Assembly (NCBI GenBank): GCA_045116675.1
Contig: JBGUMF010000017.1
Coordinates: forward strand, 9,322 to 73,321
Source: Bacteroidales bacterium
Lineage (GTDB): Bacteria; Bacteroidota; Bacteroidia; Bacteroidales; WCHB1-69
Reading direction: 5' to 3'
DNA length: 64,000 bases
Position 1 is the stretch's first letter. The number at the start of each line of letters is the position of its first letter. Position numbers and translations under genes: made by a program. The notes below the pieces were generated by a model. That model was not told where the DNA came from. It saw nothing but the letters and a program-made list of their open reading frames with translations, and did no database searches. This document shows, in pieces, positions 8,505 through 15,940 of this stretch.

Positions 8505-8900
8505 TTGACTGCCGACCACCGTTTCAGATATTTAGCTATATATAACGCTTGCTTTCATGATGGTTTAAATGTGAAACAAGGGACGATGGATGAGTTGGTG
8601 AATGAGGGTGTTTTATTGAGAACAAAGAGTGGTAAACTCTCAATGTCCACAGAGTATAGAAAGTTAGTCGCTGAGATTGCTCATCGTGATGACCGGAATG
8701 GTGAGATAAACGCTCTTAGCGGTAGTCTTAGAGAAGTCTATATGATTGTGAAAAACAATCCGGGAATAAAGATAAAGAAAGTGGCCGAACTGCGGAAGAA
8801 GTCTGAATCTACAGCGGCAAAACAGCTGACTGACCTAAAGAAGAAGCAGTTGGTTGAATACCGTGGCGCTAATAAGACCGGTGGGTACTATGTGATATAA
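8505..8900 (+). CDS. Small winged-helix DNA-binding protein, possibly a 3' gene fragment
   Basis: The C-terminus (IKKVAELRKKSESTAAKQLTDLKKKQLVEYRGANKTGGYYVI) resembles the wHTH tail of Schlafen/AlbA_2-type regulators. The listed start is a TTG with no promoter motif, and there is an internal ATG at 8586. Confidence 0.4.
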   Translation: MTADHRFRYLAIYNACFHDGLNVKQGTMDELVNEGVLLRTKSGKLSMSTEYRKLVAEIAHRDDRNGEINALSGSLREVYMIVKNNPGIKIKKVAELRKKSESTAAKQLTDLKKKQLVEYRGANKTGGYYVI

Positions 8901-9192
8901 CCTGATCGTATGGCCGATATGTATTGATTCCCCTCCCACGGCCGAAGTTATGCGTGACCTCTCGTTGCGCAGTGAATGATAATCGGAAATGTTGATTTTT
9001 AGCAGAAGTAAATAGAGTATTGTATCTTCGTGCTTTCCGAGTCTTGGTTAATGGGGATTGGCGAGGGATGAAAGTGAGGTGAGTCCTCCACCGATTGTCA
9101 TCTTGCTGATATGCTGATGGGGGGGGTAAAAAGGAGATTCCCAAAGTTTAATTGGTCGTTTTACGTAGAATAATAATTCTAATGCTGTTATA

Positions 9193-10197
9193 ATGGATAA
9201 GTTGATAAGAAATAACATTGAAAATCACTCGCACAAAGGGGATGTGTTTGGATTGGGATTGGAGGTGATAAAGTCCCGTGATTACCAGTGGTTAAGGGAT
9301 TATACGTTATCTGGCGACGCTCCTAAAGGTTTTGTTCGTATTTATGACTATGAAGCAGATAGTATGGTGAGACGCCGCTCGCCCAAAACGTGGACTCAGT
9401 ATATTGCTAAAACGGGGCACAAATGGTATCCTATGGAATCGGTCACAGAGTATTTGTTGAATAGGTTGGGAACGGTGTTTGGATTAGAAATGGCAGATTC
9501 GCGATTGTGTATAATCAATGGCCAATTGCGATTTCTTAGCCGCTATTTTTTGCGGAAAAATGAAGAACTTGTTCATGGAGCCGAGATATTTGCGGGCTAT
9601 ATGGAAGATTTGGCTTTCGTGGAGAGTATAGAACAAGCCAATCTTTCAAGAGAGCTCTTCACGTTGCAGTTTGTTGAGAAAGCTGTAGAGAAGGCTTTCC
9701 CGTCAGAAGAACAGTATATCATGCGTGACTTGGTTAGACTGTTGCTTTATGATGCCCTAGTGGGTAACAATGATCGCCATTTTTATAATTGGGCTGTTAT
9801 TCGATCTATCTATTCGAATGCACCTGCAAGGTTTTCACCCATTTACGATACTGCACGTGGATTGTTTTGGAATGTCTCTGATGAGCGTTTGGAAATGCGG
9901 ATGCAACAGAAAGATGTTAGTCGGTATGTAAAGAAATATTGTGATACATCGCGTCCTAAATTAGGTTGGGAAGGCGAAGGAGAGTTGAATCATTTTCGTC
10001 TCGTTAAAAAAATCTTCGAAAGCGAGTTTTATATCATTCATGGTGAGATGAGGGAATTATTTAGTGAAAAGGTTCTGTTTTCTATGAAAGAAACAATAAA
10101 TGAGGAATTTAGTCGTTTGTTATCACCGACAAGAAGATTAATGATAAATGAATGCCTTGAGTACAGGCACAAAAAGATACAGGAGGTAATACAATGA
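9193..10197 (+). CDS. Divergent HipA-like Ser/Thr kinase (HipA_C domain only)
   Basis: The catalytic motif is LVGNNDRHFYNWAV (GNxDxHxxN), with a downstream SPIYDTARG and an upstream ESVTEYLLNRLGTVFGL. There is no canonical GxQxK Gly-rich loop; WTQYIAK occupies that position. Confidence 0.78.
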   Translation: MDKLIRNNIENHSHKGDVFGLGLEVIKSRDYQWLRDYTLSGDAPKGFVRIYDYEADSMVRRRSPKTWTQYIAKTGHKWYPMESVTEYLLNRLGTVFGLEMADSRLCIINGQLRFLSRYFLRKNEELVHGAEIFAGYMEDLAFVESIEQANLSRELFTLQFVEKAVEKAFPSEEQYIMRDLVRLLLYDALVGNNDRHFYNWAVIRSIYSNAPARFSPIYDTARGLFWNVSDERLEMRMQQKDVSRYVKKYCDTSRPKLGWEGEGELNHFRLVKKIFESEFYIIHGEMRELFSEKVLFSMKETINEEFSRLLSPTRRLMINECLEYRHKKIQEVIQ

Positions 10198-10571
10198 ATA
10201 TCATTGAGAAAATAAGGCTTTATTGGCATGATAGCGATGAAACCAATCTTCAAGCTGTAAAAGGTAGTAAAGGTTGTTTCGATTTGATGCTTGGCAAAAT
10301 GTTGGTGGGGAAATTGTTATACGAAAATGGCATGTGGATTTTTATGTATTCTGATGAATACAAGCAGCAAAATCGCTATGAACCGTTAGTTAATTTCCCT
10401 AATCTGAACCAAGAGTACAAATCAGATCAGTTATGGCCATTCTTTGCTTCGCGTTTGCCAGGAGTTTCTGAATTGAAGGAAAACGACAAGTCAGAGTCGG
10501 ATGTTCTTTCATTGCTGCGGAAATACGGACAATGTGTGATTACAAATCCATATAAGTTGGTGTCTTTGTGA
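10194..10571 (+). CDS. HipS-like protein (HipA N-terminal subdomain homolog) encoded downstream of the kinase
   Basis: LVGKLLYENGMWIFMYSDEYKQ...PLVNFPNL...LWPFFASRLPG follows the HipA N-terminal (couple_hipA) pattern. It has an ATGA overlap with the kinase stop and an AGGAGG at 10181-10186, 7 nt upstream of its ATG. Confidence 0.65.
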   Translation: MNIIEKIRLYWHDSDETNLQAVKGSKGCFDLMLGKMLVGKLLYENGMWIFMYSDEYKQQNRYEPLVNFPNLNQEYKSDQLWPFFASRLPGVSELKENDKSESDVLSLLRKYGQCVITNPYKLVSL

Positions 10572-10848
10572 TACTAACAAGTTACGTTAGCAGCTTTCCG
10601 CGCTTTCCGTGTGAGAAAAACAATCTGTAAGCGGTGAGCAAGGTTAGAGCCAAGTGAAAGGAAAAAACAGCAGTGAAGGCCAACTCCAAGATGGAACTTT
10701 TTTGGGGGCACTGAGGCGTTATGAAATTGTATGTTTAGGGGACGCTTGAAAATTGATATCGAATAACTAGGAAAAAGCGAACGAAGATTTTGTAATTTCT
10801 GTGTGACAATCTCTATATTTCTTTTGAATTACTAATTATTGAAAGAAA

Positions 10849-11628
10849 ATGAACATAAAGAACAAATACATAATCTGGACTGTTTTCATCATCTTCGGTT
10901 TAGGATTATTTCTTATTGCTGAATGGATGCCAAGTGATTTCTGGCAAGGGGTGGTTAGAAGCATCGCAGGAGCACTTCTTATCAGTGGAACATTCTCTGT
11001 GGTTCATGATGTTGTTGAAAGGAAAGAAGAGGAGAGTTTTTTTGCAAATATGTTTGCAATCTCATCAGCTGTTAAAGAAAGTGGTTTGCTGGATATAAGG
11101 ACGGATTCAAAGGAATATTCCTTTAGATCAGTGCTAAAGAAATCCAAAAAGTTCGCCGCAATAATGAATGACGGTCGTACTTGGGTCAATCAATATTATA
11201 CCGACCTGATTGAAAGATTGAATACATCAGGCACAGAAACGGAGTTTTTTCTCGTGGATCCAGAAGGCTTCTTTATACCTGCGTTAGCCCAAAAGACAGA
11301 TTATAAAGAAGATAAACTAAAGGAGAAAATCGTGGAGTGTGTTGAACTGTTGAAGAAACTTTATGAAGAAAGTGATAAGAAAGGTTCTTTGGCAATTACA
11401 TATCTAAAGAACTATCCCACACAATCTTTGTATTATGCAGATGATGAGGTTATTGTAACACCCTATCAAGTTGCGTGTGGCAGAAATAAGGTTCCAGTAT
11501 ATGTATATAGTTACAAGGGCGGACATGAAACAATAGGTAATTTTTTGGTTAAAGACTTAAGAAATGTACGAGCAGAAAGTCGAATGGTTTGGAATAATGG
11601 ACAAGAATTAAGATTGGAGGAAGAATGA
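10849..11628 (+). CDS. Two-transmembrane protein with a cytoplasmic domain of about 200 aa and unknown function (DUF5919-like by recalled motif pattern)
   Basis: There are two hydrophobic helices (about residues 7-26 and 34-54). The soluble domain has FAAIMNDGRTW...FFLVDPEG...SLYYADDEVIVTPY, which resembles the LYNSxYRFDDExLVNxH-type motif of DUF5919. Confidence 0.6.
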   Translation: MNIKNKYIIWTVFIIFGLGLFLIAEWMPSDFWQGVVRSIAGALLISGTFSVVHDVVERKEEESFFANMFAISSAVKESGLLDIRTDSKEYSFRSVLKKSKKFAAIMNDGRTWVNQYYTDLIERLNTSGTETEFFLVDPEGFFIPALAQKTDYKEDKLKEKIVECVELLKKLYEESDKKGSLAITYLKNYPTQSLYYADDEVIVTPYQVACGRNKVPVYVYSYKGGHETIGNFLVKDLRNVRAESRMVWNNGQELRLEEE

Positions 11629-11987
11629 AAGCAAAAGTTCAGTATAATGATTTTATAGGGACTGCGGCAGCAGATATATCTGATTATTATCTTAACTCAT
11701 TAAACGAATATCTTGAAAAAAGGTATTCCAATTATGATTCGGAAAGGTACTATTGTGTGGGGTGTGAATTCTATACTTCTTATGGGCAGTATCCCTCCGT
11801 ACGTTTTGTTTGTCGCGATATAGAGAATAATTCTTACCATCAGTTCCGACCAGAACAAGAATTTTCTTTAGTAGATTTCTTTGAACTCTTTAAACGTTTT
11901 TCCATAGTGATAGGACAGGGTATTGACAACATAGAGATTGATGAAAACGAGAATATAATCTTAAAGAGTGCCGAAACAGAAGAATAA
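11625..11987 (+). CDS. Small acidic hypothetical protein (120 aa), candidate antitoxin or immunity partner
   Basis: It has an ATGA overlap with the upstream gene and a GGAGG 4 nt upstream of its ATG. Hand count gives 22 acidic versus 11 basic residues. I recognise no family. Confidence 0.55.
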   Translation: MKAKVQYNDFIGTAAADISDYYLNSLNEYLEKRYSNYDSERYYCVGCEFYTSYGQYPSVRFVCRDIENNSYHQFRPEQEFSLVDFFELFKRFSIVIGQGIDNIEIDENENIILKSAETEE

Positions 11988-11993
11988 AAGTTT

Positions 11994-12933
11994 ATGTTAG
12001 TAGTTTTTGATACAAACAGCTATAGAGATATGGTATCAGGTGTCGATGCCGTTGACGTTGTGCCTCGGATGAAGAAGCTGCTGGCACTTGAGTCAGCAAA
12101 GGGCGTTACGGCATTGATGAGTACCATTGTGGCGGAAGAAATCCTTGGTTATCTTCTTGATGACGAAAGTACGCGGACGTATAAGGCATGTATTAAGGCC
12201 ACGAAGGCATTATATATGCACTGCGGTGATGAACATCAGCTTCGTCTTGTACCATCACCGCAGACACAATTGGCTAAAGAGTTTTTTTGGAGTAGAAAGC
12301 AAAAGGTTTTTTGACACGCAGCAGGCTGTTGCTCTCACAGCGTTTGAGATATCCAAGGATTTGACCAAGGACAACATCAACCGACATAAGGAAACACTAA
12401 AAAAGATAAAGATGCATTTGCAAGAATCAGAGAAAGAACTTGCTGATGGCGTATTAGAAATGGGACGCAAAATAGATCCTTCTTATACCGACTGGAAACT
12501 GTTTGTGGGGAATCAAAGTATGCGTACCAAATATTTGAATTTTATTAAACCTGAATCATTTAGGATTGGGATTTCTGCGATATTTTTGTCAGCGGTAGGA
12601 ATTAATCTTGAAGAGGAAGGTTTAATAACCACACCAACTCAGGAAGAATTCCACAAAATGATACAGGACTATATGCAACGTTATGAAGCCCCCATCAATA
12701 TGCAGGCATTGTTTTATGAGTTAGTGTTGCAGCCAGATTTTGATGTTACTAAGAATTCTCATGCCAATTTTTTATGGGATACTCAGATACTTCATGTCGC
12801 TGGTCATTCTATTTCAGGTGACGATATAATCCTTGTTACCTCTGATAAGGCAATGATTATGCAAGCAAATAAAGTAATAGCAGGGAAGGTGTTCACGTTA
12901 AATGAATATAAGACATTCGTGGGGCTGCAGTAG
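11994..12933 (+). pseudogene. Long PIN-like nuclease (about 313 aa if repaired) interrupted by a +1 frameshift in a T7 run
   Basis: The N-terminal ORF (11994-12314) begins MLVVFDTNSY and contains VAEEILG. The C-terminal ORF (frame +1, to 12933) carries FLWDTQILHVA and IILVTSD. Together these give the four PIN acidic positions. Removing one T from 12282-12288 fuses the frames as ...QLAKEFFGVESKRFFDTQQ... Confidence 0.7.
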
Positions 12934-13332
12934 TTAACCGCTGAAATTGAAAAAAGAGGGTACAATTACTTCATTTTCCTCTCCTCTATCCCACTTTCCC
13001 ACGTACTTTTTGCCACCTCCTACCTTTCCCCTCTCCGTCCCCAATAAACACCAACAATATGAATGCAACCAAATTCCCCGCCGAAATAGGCTGCAACCAT
13101 ATACACATGCCCAACAATTCTGTAAATTACCATCGCATAAAAAAAACTACTGCTGCATTCCCGCATGACTATTCCATGCGGATGGAGCTTCATATTCCAA
13201 TGGTGGAGTTGAATGCGTTAGGCGTTTATGGTTTTTACAATTAATTGAGATTGTGGATATTTGAGAGTGCCAATGATATGGTCAATTTTTAGTATAGATG
13301 TTTTTGTGATTTAACCATAATAAAAATAATAA

Positions 13333-14139
13333 ATGGCAATTATACCAAGTTTTTATCTGAATTCTGTTGTGGCTATCGGAGTGCGTGCGGATAGTGGAGC
13401 TGTTTCATGGGTTGGAACAGGTTTCTTTGTGGGTCGGTCTGCACAAGATAATCCTCAAAAAGTGCGTCCATTTCTTGTAACGAATAAGCATGTGTTTTTT
13501 AATCGAAATACAGTTGTTATAAGAATGAAAATAGAAGGGACTGAGGAACTGCAAATGATTGATGTTCCTCTAAAAGATGCTGGGGGCAACCTCTTATATC
13601 AACTTCATGAAGATGCAAACATTGATATAGCTGTGTTACAAATTAATGCAAAATTCATAGAGAACAGTCATTTAGAGTTCCAGTGTTTCAATATATATGA
13701 TAATGCCATGACTTCAACAGAACTTAGGAACCAGGGCGTTGACGAAGGCTCTATCATATATATGTTAGGATTTCCTATGGGTTTGGTAAATGAAAAATCG
13801 AATGTGCCTCTTTGCCGGATGGGATGTATATCTCGGATGAGCGAGATACAAATACGAGAGCAACATAACATGTTGGTGGATATTCAAAACTTCCCTGGAA
13901 ATTCTGGAAGTCCAATCATTTCGCGTCCTGAAATTATCTCAATCAAAGGGACTCCCAGTCTTTCTAAATGCGTTTTAATAGGCATTGTACATTCCTATAT
14001 TCCATATCATGAAAAACTAATTAATAGTCAAACCAATCAGGTTGTTGAAATAAAAAGTGAGAATAGTGGAATCGCAAATGCTCATCCAGTGGAGTATATT
14101 CGTGATATTATAGATAGAATTCACGTAGAAACAATGTGA
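13333..14139 (+). CDS. Cytoplasmic trypsin-like (S1/Trypsin_2) serine protease
   Basis: The catalytic triad contexts are TNKHV (His), DIAVLQI (Asp) and GNSGSPI (Ser). There is no signal peptide. Confidence 0.8.
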   Translation: MAIIPSFYLNSVVAIGVRADSGAVSWVGTGFFVGRSAQDNPQKVRPFLVTNKHVFFNRNTVVIRMKIEGTEELQMIDVPLKDAGGNLLYQLHEDANIDIAVLQINAKFIENSHLEFQCFNIYDNAMTSTELRNQGVDEGSIIYMLGFPMGLVNEKSNVPLCRMGCISRMSEIQIREQHNMLVDIQNFPGNSGSPIISRPEIISIKGTPSLSKCVLIGIVHSYIPYHEKLINSQTNQVVEIKSENSGIANAHPVEYIRDIIDRIHVETM

Positions 14140-14352
14140 TTATATATGATTCTATTTATTGTCTTGTTCCTTCACTATATTTGCAGCAAGCTCTAATACC
14201 ACTGCTTTGTTTGCTAGAAAGTATCTTCCTTTTGCAATTCTATATCACCTCTCGTTCCCGATAAACAACAATCTGAGCACCGCCAAAGAAATATTGATGA
14301 CAGAGTGAAACATTTTGTAAGGAGATTTCGTGCTATTTTCGTTTTTTCTCAC

Positions 14353-14360
14353 TACTTTTG
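14353..14360 (+). promoter_or_regulatory. -7 promoter motif TACTTTTG upstream of tagD
   Basis: It matches TAnnTTTG, followed by CAACC, 60 nt upstream of the ATG at 14420. Confidence 0.5.
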
Positions 14361-14419
14361 CAACCTCAATATTTACGCGATGCTTTTAGAATATTTAGAT
14401 TCAAAATAGATTTTATAGT

Positions 14420-14896
14420 ATGATAATCGGTTATACCACTGGTGTTTACGACTTGTTTCATGTCGGGCACCTCAATTTGCTGAAAAATGCAAAAGGCATG
14501 TGCGACTATCTGGTTGTCGGCGTTACCGTTGACGAACTGGTCGCGTATAAGGGCAAACATGCCATGATCCCGTTCGAGGACAGAATCGAAATCGTGAGAA
14601 GTTGCAAGTATGTTGATGCGGCTGTCCCGCAGTACGACATGGACAAACTCACCGCCTGCAAGAAACTCGGTGCAAAAGTCCTTTTTGTGGGCGATGACTG
14701 GTATGGCACCGACAAATGGAAGGAGTACGAAAAGAAATTCAATGAGGAAGGTATCAGAATTGTTTACTTCCCATACACCAAAGGCATTTCATCTACAAAG
14801 ATAACACAGGCACTGCAGCAGGTTCGCGGCTGGACAGACGAATCGGCGCAAAAAGCACTTCATTTAAACATAGGAGACCAAGAAAATGACAGATAA
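14420..14896 (+). CDS. tagD: Glycerol-3-phosphate cytidylyltransferase (makes CDP-glycerol)
   Basis: It has the HxGH motif (FHVGH), GDDW and TKGISSTKI motifs, collinear with Bacillus TagD. Confidence 0.82.
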   Translation: MIIGYTTGVYDLFHVGHLNLLKNAKGMCDYLVVGVTVDELVAYKGKHAMIPFEDRIEIVRSCKYVDAAVPQYDMDKLTACKKLGAKVLFVGDDWYGTDKWKEYEKKFNEEGIRIVYFPYTKGISSTKITQALQQVRGWTDESAQKALHLNIGDQENDR

Positions 14897-15929
14897 AGAG
14901 TATTGCATGAGTTCGTATCTGGCGTTGAGATACGTGGAAGATGACGCGAAACAGTTTTTTCCAGGACTCAAGCATCAAGTTTATAAGCAGCATCCTCTTT
15001 CCGCAAAAACATTAGTCGATGATGCTCAGGATGTTGAAATTGCGTTGCGCAATGTCTTCAGATTGATCAGCAACGAGCGTTTGGGTATGTTGTTGTCAGG
15101 AGGTATGGATAGTTCCATATTGGCCTCCTATATGCCGGAAGGCTCGGATGCTTACACTTTCCGTTTTTTAGGTGGAAAGTTTGAAAATGGAGAGTTGGAA
15201 CGGGCTGAATATTATGCCAAATACTATCATTTGAATCTTCATTATGTGGATATTGACTGGCAAACGGTAGAGAATTCTGTTGACCTTCTGATGGATCGAA
15301 AAGGTGCGCCAGTACATTCCATAGAGCCTCAGATTTATACTGCGGCGTTGCAGGCTAAATCGGATGGGGTGACCATGTTGGTTATCGGTGATGCAGCCGA
15401 CTATGTGTTTGGTGGGATGGACGGTCTGCTATCGAAAAACTGGGGATTCAGAGAATATATTGACAGGTCCATTTATATCAATCCAGAAGATGTCTTATGT
15501 AATCCTGTTTCCATGGATTATTTGTTTGAGAGATACCGTTTAGGTAAAAACAGCATTGACTATCTTCGCTTTTATGATGAAATTGTGACGGATGAGAGTT
15601 ACGCATCCTACGAAAATGCCATCTCAACAGCTGATATGGATTTCATTGACCCGTATGAGAAATTGAAATTGGCGAAGCCGTTGGATTTAGGTAGAATAAG
15701 GAATGGTGAGTCGAAATACATCATCCGAGAATTGTTCCGGATGAAGTACCCGGATATCACGATTCCGTTGAAGCAGCCCATGCCCCGTCCGGTAGATGAG
15801 TATTTTAAGAATTGGGAGGGCCCAAAGCGTCCTGAATTCAGAAAAGATATTGATATTAAAAAGTATAGCGGAAACCAAAAATGGCTGTTGTATTGCCTGG
15901 AACGTTTCCTGAATAGATTTGACAAATAA
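14886..15929 (+). CDS. Asparagine-synthase-like PP-loop adenylating enzyme lacking the glutaminase domain (paralog 1)
   Basis: The PP-loop is LLSGGMDSS. There is no N-terminal Cys/Ntn domain. Length is 347 aa. Confidence 0.75.
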   Translation: MTDKEYCMSSYLALRYVEDDAKQFFPGLKHQVYKQHPLSAKTLVDDAQDVEIALRNVFRLISNERLGMLLSGGMDSSILASYMPEGSDAYTFRFLGGKFENGELERAEYYAKYYHLNLHYVDIDWQTVENSVDLLMDRKGAPVHSIEPQIYTAALQAKSDGVTMLVIGDAADYVFGGMDGLLSKNWGFREYIDRSIYINPEDVLCNPVSMDYLFERYRLGKNSIDYLRFYDEIVTDESYASYENAISTADMDFIDPYEKLKLAKPLDLGRIRNGESKYIIRELFRMKYPDITIPLKQPMPRPVDEYFKNWEGPKRPEFRKDIDIKKYSGNQKWLLYCLERFLNRFDK

Positions 15930-15940
15930 ATGATTGTGTT

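Noticed and set aside
8869-9144. 91-aa minus-strand ORF in the spacer after the wHTH gene
   Set aside because: There is no promoter motif, the product is basic and low-complexity, and it lies in a non-coding spacer.
12947-13244. Small ORFs (73 aa and 61 aa) in the spacer before the protease gene
   Set aside because: One is a Pro/Ser/Thr-rich low-complexity product with a TTG-type start. Neither has a promoter motif, and the region is better explained as a non-coding cassette spacer carrying the recurrent motif.
7085-14419. Cargo block as a classical integrative or transposable element
   Set aside because: There is no integrase, transposase, relaxase or tRNA target, and no terminal inverted repeats that I could find. 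I therefore describe it only as a compositionally foreign cassette block.
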